From the NCBI GenBank assembly GCA_046563655.1, contig CM102283.1:3534001-3598000 (forward strand): a stretch of 64,000 nucleotides of DNA, in the 5' to 3' direction. Both the position numbers and the translations under genes were made by a program. The notes below the pieces were generated by a model. It was not told the DNA's origin. It saw nothing but the letters and a program-made list of their open reading frames with translations, and did not search any database. Below, one piece after another: positions 1-13,600 of this stretch. This DNA comes from Yuukianura sp. NJ FZ-2021. Taxonomy: Eukaryota. The number at the start of each line of letters is the position of its first letter. Position 1 is the first letter of the stretch.

Positions 1-3000
1 ATTTTGTTCACAGGGGAAAGCTCATGGCGGGAAAACGTAATTGGAAATTTTGGATAATAGAACCCATGTCGACGCAAGAAGTAACAAAAGTTATGGGGAT
101 TTTCTCTTCTTTTGCATTTTACGTTAGGTTTTCACTTTTTACTTTAGGTTTTGGGTTTTTAGGTTAGGCTAGGGATTTTGTAGACGACTTTTGAGAAGAA
201 TTATGAATAAGAAAGAGGCAGGGAAAATGAAAACTGTCAGGTGAGTTTTATTGGAAACGAGAAGCAGGAGGTGGGAAAATTCAAAAATTGTGTTCCCGCC
301 ATGGAAAGTTCAAAAAATTTGTGTTTTCCCGCCATTTTCGTTTTTAGCCTTCCTGTATGTTTATTGTGGGATGATACTTGTGGGAGTTCTTACTGTTGAG
401 AGCTTAGTTTCCAGTTAATAATTTTGGGGCTCTTTTTGTTTGTTTATTTTTTCATTTTGAAGCATAAGCCTCCCGCTCGCGCTGCGGGAGCGAGAGGAGA
501 GTAGATTTATAGGGATGAATCTGTCACTTTTTTAGAATATGGGAACAAAAGGGAGAAGGGTTTATGGGTCCATAAATGGGGGAGAAAGTTTGGGCTAAAA
601 ATGTTATGGCGGGAGAGCACAAATTTTCAAAATAAAAATATACGTTTTTGGTGGTGAAATTTTTCAAGCAAAAAAAGAAACAAGCAGAGCAGAGACCACG
701 AGCAACCATGAAATTGAGAATAATTGAATTTTTTGGGAATTTATCACAACCTTGATATTTTTCAAATTTTCCCACATTTTTGCGAGGTACAACTTTTCCC
801 GGGCTTTTGCGAGGTTCAACTTTTCCCGGTTTTTTGAGAGTTTTGAACTTTTTTTCTATGATATTTTGTGCCTGGACGATTCACTCTCTTTTGATTTTTG
901 TCATTTTTGCTCGTTGACTGCATCTGGTAGGTTACAGTCGATTTGAAAATCTTATTTTCTCCGATTCCAGAGAAGAATTTTTTGAAAAAGAGCGGAAGAG
1001 TTTCTAAAGGCGGGAAATTGAAACAAAATGTGCCAGAGAGATTGGAATCTTTCTCTTTTCAACTGGCAGAAAGAGAGGGACGGAAAGCGGGAAAGTGAAA
1101 ATTGAAAAAGAGGGGACTTTTTTTTCCAAAAATTTTTCAATAATAACTCAAGGGCACTTGGGACTTGGACACAAAAAGTACTTTGATCTCTGTGGCAGTT
1201 CTATTTTGAACTGAAAAAAACTGAAATTTGACGCTCTTTGGCTTTTGGAATGAAAATTGAAAATTTCGACCTTGAAAAAAGTCGGAGAAAAAGTATTTTC
1301 CCCTTTTCATTTTTATTTCAGCTTAGTAAAGAGAAGATGAGTGATCTTGATTTCAGAATTTTGAAAATTATGGTTTTGGAGAAAGTCAATTTTTTTGAAA
1401 AACTGAACTTTGAAAAATGTATAATGGGTTTGTTTCCAATTTTTTTTTCTGGTTTTTGTAACTTGTCAGAGTGACATGGAGGGGTGTTCTTGTCCAAAAT
1501 AAAAGTGTTCGGAGGGGAGAGAAAACCGGGAAAGTTGGGGGAATAGGGAAGAAAAGTTTTCAAAATCTTTTTTTCTTCGTTTTTCTTTCTAAAAATCGAT
1601 TCTCAATCTGACTTTTCGTTTGTCGTTGCATTTTCTTTTGTCGTGTTGCGTGTGACAAGAGTGGATCCATGTATTGAGGCTCTTACTTTCACTTTCTCTG
1701 CGTCCAAAGTGTCATTCCCTCTACACAGTATGTGTCCTTTGTTCAGGTTAAGGTTAGGCTGTTCTATGTTGGGTATGTAGCCGTATGTTCCCAATTTGGA
1801 ATCCTCTTTGCATACATTTCCAACTTGAATCTTATCTTTGAGCACACGAGTTCCAAATATTCGTATTCCGCGGGAGAATTTCCAAAAGTTGTGCCATTTC
1901 TATTCCTGGCTCAACCTGAGAAAATTGAAGATGGAAGGACAATTGTGGATCAGAAAAAGAGAGAGATTGTGATGGAATAAGCCCAAAGTACTCTCAATTC
2001 AACTTCGGAAAAGCAAAAACCCCCCTTAAAGTAAGGGGGGCGGGGGAGATGTGTTGTTAAGGGTAATAAAAACAACCATAAAGGGAGCCTGCTACAGAGC
2101 GGGAAGGAGGGAACGTGACCTTTGACCTCTCACAAGGATTTTCAGGTTAGGATATCTTTGAAACTACGAGTTTTGTAGATGGTGAGTAGAGTATGTTAGG
2201 TTTATACATGGAAAAAATATTTATTTAAAACCGGCGAAATATTTAAATATTAAACATTTTTAATCAAAAACCTCAAACTATTTAGTTTATAATTGGCACT
2301 GAAAGGATGGGAAAATCAATAAATATTTATAGTAATAAAAAAGCCTAAAATATTGATTTCGCTGACATTACTGACGTGTAAATAAATATTTTTTTCATGT
2401 ACAGATGCGGTGGCGTTTATGTTAGGTTATGTTTCCAAGAATATGTTAGTTTTTGAGGGTATGTAAGGTATGTTAAGTTAGTTTTTGAGACTAATATGTT
2501 ATGTTTTTGAGATTTGTGAGATTAGAGTGACAGGGGGGACTTAGGAATGTGGGTTTGGGTGATGTAGGGGTTGAATTAGCAGGGGGAATGCAATAAAGGT
2601 GAAAGGAGGGGAGATTAGTTGTGGTCCAGTGAGTCCTCGGAGTGTCACTTTAATTTCCTCACAATAGAATGGAGAAAGTGGCGGGAGAAAGTTAGGGGGA
2701 TTTGAAGTTGTGTGGTTAGAGTTGGATTTGAAATTGGGTCAATAGAATAACTACAAGTTCAAAGAGAGAGCGGGAGCTACAATTGAAATCTAGAAGTTGG
2801 AATTAATTTTCTGGGAAGAAAGTGATAATAATTATTAAGATTTCCTTTTATGGTTTCCTCTTGCCTCATTTCATTCCTCCCTCCTTCCTCCTCCTCCGGA
2901 GGAAGAGGAATTCAGGAGTTAGGATTATTATGGAAATGGAAAATGGAAATGCTAACTACACCCAAATGAGTTTAATGCTACGTGAAGAAAGTCATAAAGT

Positions 3001-6000
3001 GAAAGCGTTCACAAATTCCCGCCGTTTCAGAGGAAAAGGGGCCCACTAAACCTCAGAATTCCGATGGCTGACTTAAACTTTCACTTTTGAGGTCTGACTT
3101 TACCTATGAATTTCCATGGCAGACATTTTCGAAATTTCTTGGTCTGACTAAACCTCTGAATTGCGACACCTGACTTGGCTGACGTTTGAATTTTGGGTGC
3201 GTTCTAAACCTCTGAATGAAGGGGAGGGATGACTGAAATTTTAAATTCTGAGCTCTGACGGTTGAATTAGAGCTTTGAGCTTTGGGGGCTAACTAAACCT
3301 TTGAGTTCTGGCGATTCTGGCTAGAAACTGGGAATAGGGCTGACTAAACCACTGAATTCTGAATTTGTATTTGCTTTGAAGAGAAGTTGAGCTCCTGGCG
3401 GAATCCCAATGGGGTTGAAAAGTTGTTCAAACAAAGGCTAAGGTGGGGGGGGGGGGTCGAGGGATGTCGGGGGGCTATTAGAAATTCCTCCAGTGGGGAT
3501 CCGGTAATTGGGATCCGTTTTCCTGGAACCTTCTCCCTCCCGCTTATTATTGAATTCAACTGGAAGGAGAAATGAAAACTTTTGGCGGGAGGGGAATTTT
3601 GAAAAACGGGCAAGACAAAAAGTTATGAAAACTTTTGTTTTTTGGACTTCCTTCCTTTTCTAAGAAATGGGCTTGTAAAAGTTGTTAAAATTGAGAAAAG
3701 AGGAAAGCATTAGCTAAATTACTTCAACTGACTCTGAAACAAAAGTTTTTGTTAACTGTGAAGATGAACCACGAGGGAAATGACCCATAGGATAGCTTTC
3801 TTCTAAGTTTTGGAAAAAAAAACTTGAGGAAAAGAAGTTGAAATTTTGGGAGAAAGTTGACGTAAAAACCTTTTAAGTTAATTTGATAGTAATGACCGGA
3901 GCAATTTCGGAGAAAGTTGCGGGGGTGACCTTTCGCCTGAACAGCAGAAAGTTCAGACTTTTTTTATATTTTGAATTGATGCCTTGCTTTCAACTTTTTT
4001 GAACTTTTTTTTTTTGAATTTGGTACAAAAAATAGTTGTTGAGTTGAGAAATGATTTCCGTGATACCCCTAGGAAGACAAGTTGTCCAAACAATACGTGG
4101 GAGCGGGAATCTCAAGTCCCTCACGTGTGTTAAGAGATTTTCAGAGGATTGGAACTCTCACTTTTGCTTTTTCCCGCTTTTTCCAAAAAAAAAAGAGCGG
4201 GAAGGATGAAGTTTTCAAAGTTTCTTTTCCCTTGATCTTTCCGTTTTCCCGGGCAAAGACGTTTTATTACCCTCCAGGTTCTGATTTGCACTTTCTCCAC
4301 TTTTGTCAGAGGGAGACTTGACCTTTGTACTCAAAAACTTTTCTTTATTCGACTACTTTTAATGTACTTTTTTACATTCGTGTCACGAAAAAACGTTTTT
4401 ATGAGACCGGAGCGGAGAGGAGGGTCTGACTTTTCCTAAGAAAAATGTTTTCGGCTTTACGGATTTTGTCTTCTCTGTCAAATCCGAAAAGCTTTCAGGT
4501 TAATCTTACAGATTTGTCTTGCAGGCGTGTCGAGCAAAAATTTGGCCAAGAAGTTGGTTTTCAAAAAAAAAAGGTTAAAAAAATCTCAAAGAAGAAGATT
4601 TTTTTTTTCGATTTTGACGAATATTTTGACTTTTGAACTGGACGCTTCAATTTTTGGTTTGAGGTGGCAACCGCTGGTGATTTTTGGCTCCAAAAAATTT
4701 TCTGAGAAAAAAACGTTTTTCCTCTTTTTTTTTTCTAAGAATTTTTTTTTGTAGGAACCGAAATGTTGTAGTCTCAAAATTTACATATTATTTGAAATGT
4801 GCTAAGGCGGGAAACCATGGGTTGGAATTCGAATTTTTTTTTTGAAAAAGTAATAAATCAAAGAGTTAAATGGAACTTTTTGGTCCATACTTTATCACCT
4901 CTACGTGTGCTAAAGTAAGGCAGGAGATGACGATGCACAAAACTTTGTCATTGCGCGTCTTTTTTCTTGTCATTGGTAGAAAAAAGTTTGTAGGGTTTCT
5001 GTCACAGGAGCTCTGCAGCGTTTGTTGTTTTGAATCTTTACTTTTTTTTCAACTTTTTCCTATTTTCCCGCTTTTTCCCCTGGTTTTTTCGTATTTGTCA
5101 CCAGCACACGCACATGGGGCCTCTGCTTGTGCCGCTGCCTTGGGAAAGTTGAGAGATAAAAACAAAGAGAAAGTTTTCGTGAGGAGACGCCGACTTTCTC
5201 TCTTTGTGTGCCGGATTTCGATTTATTTGGAGAAGAAAGTTGTTGAAATTCTTTTGAAATAGTTGGACTTTTTTTCTTTCAAGGAAAAGAGCGAGAGTTG
5301 AAGAAGCTGATCGTGTGTTTGGTGGGTTTGATGGCCCTCCTGACGGTGGGAGCTTAAGTAATGTTTAGCACTGATTCCTTCAAAGATAAGCTCCAACAAG
5401 GGAACGCCAACAACATGCTCTCGTCCCACGCACGCACACTAATTTTTACGGTTTCCAGAAAAAAGATAGAATTTTCACAGTTTTACACACACAAAAACCC
5501 GAATTTTTACGTTTTTAGAAAAGAAAATAAGAATTTTTACGTTTTTAGAAAAAAAATAGGAATTTTCAAGCTTTTTGAAAAAAGAAGTCTTGGGGAATCT
5601 AAAGAGAATTGAAACTGTAAAAAAAATTGGAAACTTGAAGAAAAATCAAGCGTTTTCAACAGAAATTTTCAAAACAGAATAATAATTGATTTTTTTGTAG
5701 TTTTGAGGAAAGAGAAAATCTTTACTTGAGTAGAGTAACGCAGGAAATGCAAAATGTCACTTGACCTGAGATTTTCAGTTAAGATTTTTACAAAGAAAAA
5801 AAAAATTAAGAAAACGGCGAGCAAACTCATTAAATATTTGAAAATTTTCTCTCGATTCTCTAGTTGAGTGACTTTGATTTTGAAGCTAAACCGAGCTCGT
5901 GCTTCTGATTAGAGCAAAAGATAAATTGAATTTTGGACAAAAGAAAGCCGGAAACAAAAACCATACAAACTTTTTATCTATTTCTATATCAAAAGTTTTG

Positions 6001-6899
6001 TGTTTTGGCAGGCTTTTGAGCTGATTGAATAGATTTATTAGAAGAAGTGAATGAAAGAGTGAAGAGAGAGGGGAGTGAAATGGGAGTTCATTTGTGCGTA
6101 TTGTGTAAAAACTAGTTGAATGAGACTCAAATTAGTGCATTTCACTTGCATCTAAAAATACATGTAATGACTTCTAATCCTACGAAACTGGCTTTCAGAG
6201 GATTAGATAGCCCCCCTGCCCTGGAGCACGCAGAGTGAACTGTCATAGTAATTAAAACTAAAAGTACATGTGAAAGTAAAAAAAAGTAAAAGTTGCATTA
6301 GGGAAATTAAAAAGAGTGACACGCAGGAAGTTGTTTGGTCGAAGGAGGGGTCAATGTCGTGTATTTTAGACTTTCACTTGTTTCGAACAAAGTTAGTTTT
6401 GAATAAAAAATAGACTTTTTGAATTTTCGTAGCGTCGTTGTTTGAAAAAGTTAATTTCGGCACTAGCCTGACTCAGCTGGAGGCTTTTCATACTTTTCCT
6501 TGCTGTTGGTTTTGGCTTTGATGAGTGAAAGTGATGGAAATTGTTTCGTTGCTTAAATTTAAAAGTTGGACAAATTGAATTTGCTTAGGCGTCTTCCTTT
6601 TGAAATGAAATTTTGGGTGTAATTTTCCAGTGGGTGTAAAATCTGAGAGTGGCGTTTTGTACATTTAAATTGGAAAGTGAGGAGAGTGAAGTGGAGAGAA
6701 AGTGGAAGGTTTTTAATTTCCGTCCTTTGTAATAAGGAAGGACGGAGTGGAGGTAAATTGGGTTAAAATCTAATTTATATTACGTCTTAGGCTAAAAACA
6801 TGAAAATGGAACACCAGAAAGTCTTTGCTGCGTATGCGCAGGCTCAAATCAGAGGAATTGTTCTGAGGAATGGACTTCCAGGGACGAAAGTTGCAAAGG

Positions 6900-7275
6900 T
6901 TCAACCGATTTCGTTCGAAAGCAATTTGATCCAAAGCAATTCGTTCAAAATCCTCTTTGGTTCAACAGAAATATGCCGAAAAGGGGATTTGGATCGAAAG
7001 AAATTCGTTCAAATTTGGTTAGAAGGAAATGGTTCAAAATTGATTGGGTTCGAAGGAAATTTAGTACGAAATGATTAGTTCGAAGAAAATGGATTAGAAT
7101 TATTTGGTTCGAAACAAATTGGGCCGAAAAAATTTAAATCGATTCAAGCGATGGTCAGAAGGCATGCCAGGTTAAAGTTAGGCAATGTTTTGAGCCAACG
7201 TGGCTGTTGAACTAGTTTGTTTAGAACTTTTCGATTTGGGCCGAATAGTTTTGATCTAATCTTTTTGATCCAATG
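6900..7275. repeat. Degenerate short-period repeat array (ttcgaa/gaaatt-rich), possibly a non-autonomous element remnant
   Basis: Recurrent ggttcgaaggaaattt-like units, with an aggttaaagttagg stretch near 7170. Confidence 0.45.
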
Positions 7276-7600
7276 ACGTGTAGGTGCTTTAGTGTACCTA
7301 ATCCACATGGTGAGAGTAGGTTCCATATGTTTCGGAGTTTTCTAATTACACTTGACAAGAACAAGTTGAAATCTTGTCTTGTTGGATTGTAGGAGAAAGC
7401 GGAACAGGAAATTAAACCCTCAAGAAATTCATGTTCTTTTCCATTTTCTTATTCTTTTCAACCGGAAAATTTTCACATTTGCCACAATCAAGAAACATTG
7501 GAGCGAAAAGACTCATTTCCTGCTCACCCTCAGTATTTGCTCAACAGTTTCAAAATTTAGCAAAAAATAAAAAAAAACTAATTTTGAACTTTTTTTGCAG

Positions 7601-10600
7601 AGTGATAAACGGGGACACATTTTCGCCGGGTGATGTACCAGATCCAGATGCAATCAAAATGTTTGTTGGACAAATTCCCAAGCACCTCAGTGAAACTGAA
7701 CTCAAAACTCTCTTTGAAGAGTTTGGCAGAGTGTTTCAAATCAATGTACTTCGTGACAAAGTCAGCAAGCAGAGTAAAGGTAACTAAAACACTTTTCATT
7801 AACTTTTTTAAAAAGTAGTTTCAAAAATTGAGAAACTTTAGTTTTTTAGTTAGTGAGAACACGCCAGAACAAAATTATGACAGAATTTTGGAACTTTGAA
7901 AAGGACAGTGAAAACTCTTTTTGTTTTTGGAAGTGAAAGTAATTCAAATAATTTTTTTTCGTGTAAGGGGAGGGAATGGTAGCGAAGCGAGGAGCAAAAG
8001 TTGTAAAAACTTTTTTTTTGAGTTCCTGTCCCCTCCTAACTCTCATTCTCAGCTACTTTGGCTAGAAGTTAATTAACTTTCTCCATTTGCACTTCGTGTA
8101 ATGAAGTGACGCCTTCACTCCTGCATTTCATTTGAATTGAATCATACTCCTGACAGTCATCATATCGTTCTGCCAAGTGGAGTTTCAGTTTCAAAGCAGA
8201 GAGAAATGACAGAAAGAGCGAAAAAGAGAAGAGCGAGATGAAAATAAGAGCGCGAAAAGAGAAAAAAGCACCGACAAATAAGAGAGAAAAATCAGAAGGT
8301 GCGAGGAAAAAGCGTAGAAGTGAAAGTTATTCGCGCGAGAGACGCGAGAGTGACTAATAATTTTATGCTAATTAAATCTCTCTCTCCCAAGCTCTCGTCA
8401 TCTCCTTTGACTCTTCAATTTGTCACCCCAGTGCATTTGATAACTTTCCATTTGGTCGTATTGTAACACTTGAGTCGGGAAGAAGAAGATGAAAGTGGGG
8501 GCTAACAACAGGTTTAGGCTAATGAGACCTTATTGTGAGCACACGTAGTTACTCCCTCCAAAGCACAGAGTTCACTTTAGCTTTTCCACTCCTCCAGGCT
8601 TTGTTTCAAGCATTTTCTTTTGTTTTAGTGTCTCAGAGGACACATGACACTTGAACACAAAGGATAATTTAAATTTTAATAAACAAAATTAATTAAATTC
8701 TAGACACAAATGAGAAATAAGGCGAGTCAGGCGTATAGTTTATTTTTAGTGCTGGCTCTAAAGCTATATTTTCAGTTCCTGAAAAATTTTCACCAAATTA
8801 TATGAATTTTTTAAAGAAAATTTAACAATGTTTACTTCATACAAACTTTGAAATATTTTAAACCAACTATTTAAAGAAATTTTTTATTTCTGCCAGTGGC
8901 GTTAAAACTCCCAAAATCTAAGATTTTTTTTTGACGGAAGGTGTGAACCGCGCTTAACTGAATTTTTAATTTTTCTGTTTCTCTGATTTGTGCTTCATGT
9001 TTTGTACAGACCATAAGTTTTTTTTTTGCTTTGTGTTGTGCTTATTTTTTTGGCGTGATGTTAGGTTATGTTTTGAGTGTGACTTTAACTTTTGGACTGG
9101 TGATGCTGTCAGAGAAGAGTGAGACAAGTGATTGATTGTTTGCTGTTTGAGTATTATTTTTAGCCGTGCCAAAGTAAAGTGATTGTTGGTAATCATCTCC
9201 TGCCGTGTGTGACTGAGAATTCATAGACCTAAACTTATTAGAGAAACAAACGGAGGGAGGGAACTGTTAAAAGCATACGCGGAAATACTTAAATTTAAAG
9301 AGTCATGGGTTCGAACCCTGGCGTCATGAAAAGAGCACGAACAAACCTTCTGACTTTGGTTTCATGTTGAGCGAGAGTTAGACAAGAAGGTGCTAAGGGG
9401 CAAACCATACTAATTTTTTACCAAATGAATTCTACTTGTGGCTTCCAACTTTTACTTTTGAACTTTGTTCATTTTTTTGCTCCTTTTTGAAAGTGTGTGA
9501 CTTATGACGGTGCAAGCGGATTTAGCCGTGAGCTCACAGTCACTCTAAATGTCAAAACTTGGCGGTTTACTACCAATTTACAAACCAATTCATTTTTCTT
9601 TGAAATCTGGTACAGCAATAACAATAAAATTAACTCATAGGAGCCAAATTGAAAATAGTTTAAAACTTTAGACAAAAAAATTAGCTCAGAAATTTTTTCG
9701 TTTAAAATTTTTGGCAATGACGCTAAAAATTAGGGTCTAAATGCGGCTTAATCAGAATGGATAAATTTCGAAAATTTTGAGCGAAACTTTTTGCTTTATA
9801 TTTTTTTTTACGAATGACGCTAAATTCAATGAGTGTGCGTGTGGCTTAAGTCAATTCGAAGTTAGAGTTTGAGAGGAGACACATAAAGGTGTGTCACCGT
9901 ACAGTATGCGAAATGTGACGCTCATTTCAAATTTTCAGAAGCATATTTTAACAAGAAGTGCAAACATCTCGTTATGTAAATTTTCAAAATGACGAAACAA
10001 TTGATGTTGAAATGAAACTGCGAAAATGAAGATGCGCAGAGAGATCTTTACATCTCCTGCAGTTACTAATTTTCATTCTGTTGTGAAGGATACTTTATGT
10101 TAGCACAGGTTTTCAAATTTTCGTGCGTAGGAAAAGTTTTTGGAAAAAAGTTTTGAAAAGTGCGTTTCCAGTTTGAGTTTAAATCTAGTCGTGAGTAGCA
10201 ATTTGCAATTATTTGCGGTTGGATAATTCTTGTGGACTAAAACGAAAATTGTCGGAAATTACGATTTGTCTGACTCGTGCACCTCGGGAGTTTGTGAGTT
10301 TGAGAAAAAGTTTTTGGATTTTGAGTTTTCTCTTTCGTTTTTGGATTTGGAGTTTTTTCTTTCGTTTTTTGACGATGTCACAAATTGACTTGGATGTTTT
10401 GAGCCATGGGAAATTGGGATTAAGATGAAAAGTGTCTTAGACTGTCAGTGGTTGTAACTTTTGTGACACGCGGGGATCACAGATCAAAAGACTTTGACGT
10501 GTTGACGAGCTACGACAAAGTTAAGAAAAAACCAATTTCTTCATTTTTTTTTTGAAAAAAGCCCGCCATTTTTTTCATTTCGAGGCGAGAAACGTTGTCT

Positions 10601-13600
10601 GTGCTCTAGTAAGTCTTTTAGTACGCGAAAGGAATCAAGAAAGAATCTAATCTAATACAAAAGGTGAGAAAATGGATATTTCCTCTTCACAGGACTCTTT
10701 TTGGCGGGGTTTTTGTGTTCAAAATTCCTAGCGAATCTTTCACGTTTCCTGCCAGAAAGCAGCAGCGTGTGGCGGGTTATTTTAAAATTGGTTTTCCTTT
10801 CTTCTCTCTCCGATTTTTTTTTCTCGTTGCGGCGACACCTAAAACCCTTTAAGCAACTGCAGCACATCACACATCCTTCCGCCAAAAACCCATTTCCGCT
10901 CTATTTTGGCAATAGACGCTCACTCTCTGCAGTAAATGCACCTTTGCCTGTCGGCACTTTTCTCAAAATTTTGAAAAAAAGAAAAAAAATCAGTGTGTGA
11001 ACGGGGCTTAACAATATGCCGCTTAGAAGCACAAAAAAAAGTTTTACTGCTTAAACGAAAAATTCCAATTCTTTTTTCTTACTTTCAGCTAAAATTTCGC
11101 CTTATAAAAACATTATTGAAAGAATTCGAAAAAAAAATTTTTGCAATTTTTTTAGTCTGAAAGTTGGTGCTTTGGTGTAGGAACTATGACAATCTGTATG
11201 TGAACGTCTATAAAAATTTGAAATGTCAGCTAACTGCGGTCATAACCTTAAGTTGGCAGTTAAGATGAGGCTTGAGTGTCAGAATGACAATTAACGAATC
11301 AAATTTAAACTTAACCGCCACTCATGCTTTATTTTTGCTGAAAGTGCATTTTGAGTAGACAATTAATTTTTTTATGCTCAAATTGAGATTGCGAAAGTCA
11401 AATTTAAGCCGATGCTCCAAATTTAACGTTCTAATTAGTTATAACTTCGTCAAAATTTAGTTACGGGTGACTTGAAGTCTTTAAAATTTTCAATTTTTGA
11501 TAGATTTTGGAATGTTGGAAATTTTGAATGTCAACGAATCTGTTTGTAGGAGAAGATCAACAGGAGAATTGAAGAGATGGAGCCATTAGGTTAATTGCAT
11601 GGTTCTTAAGCATGGTACTTAAGGGTTCTCAGAACAAGAGGGGGGGGGTTTAAGGGGGTGCGGAAGTGGGGGGTGGGAGAGATTTTGCAAGTGGGACATA
11701 CAGATCTTGTGTTTGAGTGTAACGCTAATACTTGAAAGTCGATGAGGATGTGATGGGAATTAATAATTTGAAGGAGGATGTTTTAAGCTTTTCTTACCAC
11801 AGCATAAGATTCTAATAGCTTTTAAGAGAGACTATAAGACTACAAATAGTCTTGGCTATAACCTAGAATTTAGTCATTACGACTATAAAACTTGATAGGC
11901 CGAGATGACTATAAAGGCTATAAGAAATAAGGCTAGTCGGAACTTGTAGTTTTCGTTGCTTGAGGTTAGGATGAGATTTTGTTAAAAAAAAGTTAAACGA
12001 CTTTCTCCTCTAATCGATTTCTCCTCATTTCCGCTTACAGGAAAAAGGAACTCTGCGTGGCGCGAAAGCTTTAGAAATACACAATTTCGGAGATTCTCAA
12101 CTCCACACTTTTTTACTCTCCTTTTTTCATTTTTCACTGATTTCGAAGTTTTTTCTGAGATTTTTAATAGCTAAAGCTACTTTATGGTTTGACCTTGTCT
12201 GTCTGTCTGTGGGTCCGTCAGCGGAAAAATATAAAGTTGTGCAGATGAATTTCACTGCAGTTGAGAGGAGATGGACTTTGAAGATTGGGGAGATATGGGG
12301 GGGGGAGGAGATGAAAATTGTGGGGGGGGGGGTGGATTACGTTTTGGGTAAGTGGAGCAGATCCTAATTTTGTGCGTTGTTTGTTTCTTTTGTGTCACTT
12401 TGAGCTGGAGCCAGGAGGGGGCCCTTAAGGGTTCCATCAAAACGTTGGCATGATTTTGAAGTGCCTGCATTTTCGGTTTGGCTCTTAAAGTTAGCCTAAA
12501 TCCAAGTGAAGCGGGAGTTCCATTTTGCGTCTGATGGGAGATGACGTGCCCAAATCCAATTTCCTTTGTCTTTTTGTGTCCAATGTGCTCAAGAGAAGTT
12601 TATGTTAGGCTAACTTTCCTTGAAGGCTTGATCCAGGTGAAAGTGGAGTCCATTTGGCTCTGGAAGGGAATATGAGTTGTGTTGTAAATCCCTGTGGGAT
12701 GAAATATTGAGAACTATTTTGTCCATATTTCCAAATCAGAATCCATTCTATTTGGAAGAGTGTTATGGTTGGAGGGGTTCTGAGCTCATGCGAGGAAGTT
12801 GATGGAGAAACCTCGTTTTTTGAAACTGGATTTTGTGGAGAAAGTGGAAATGTTTCTGTTTTGAAAGGGTTACTTCCATCTTTTAGACTATTTGAGAACC
12901 AAGTCATTATATCTCTTCTCAAAACGTGTCAGACGAAGTCTCTAACACGATGGAGGAAAATAGAAGAGTCGTCTGTTCAATACCTGCGGCAGTTACTAGA
13001 TGGATCCAGTTCTGAACAGACTAAACTCAGGTAGGTTTTCCTGTTTGCCAAAAATCAATCGCTCAGAAACGAAAAAGATTAAAAAAGTAAGGCAAAGCGA
13101 CATAAGAAACGAAACTAAAAAAAGTAAAGGTGAAAGCAAGTAAAGGTGAAAGTAAAATTTAAAATAGGTTTCGTTCATTGCGTTTTCTTCGCTTTTCTGT
13201 GCCTTCTGTGGGATTTGTATAATAAAAGGAAACACTGTATTTTTGGTTTTGGTGAAAAACTGGGACTATAAAAATTCCTAAACGTGCAACAGGTTTACTA
13301 AGAGAAAGTTCAGTTTCACTTTCTGTTTTTTTGAAAGTGGCCAATAGCCAAAAGTCGTTGTTCATAAAAACAGAGCAACCGAACTGGTTTGAAGCGGATC
13401 AGAATTTGTGCTGTTATGAAGTCCAGGAAGGAAAGTATAGTTCATAAAAATAATTGGAAACTTTCTCTCTCTCTCCTGCCCTTAAGCTGAGCCTTGAACG
13501 CCATGCTCTCTCAATTGGAATTGTGAAAATGACAACCAAAGGAAGACTCATGTGCCAGTTATTATTATCCCAAAAGTTGTCTTCTGGGAGATAATTATAG

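Noticed and set aside
468-500. GC-rich hairpin as a Helitron 3' end
   Set aside because: No CTRR terminus or second copy in the window supports it.
5361-5612. ORF MFSTDSFKDK... as the first CELF coding exon
   Set aside because: I found no convincing phase-2 donor to join it to exon 7601.
6900-7145. CRISPR-like repeat array
   Set aside because: Units are degenerate with no unique spacers, the context is eukaryotic, and there are no cas genes.
9305-9322. B-box-like GGTTCGAACCC (similar at ~51056)
   Set aside because: No A-box spacing or cloverleaf could be built, so it is not called a tRNA.
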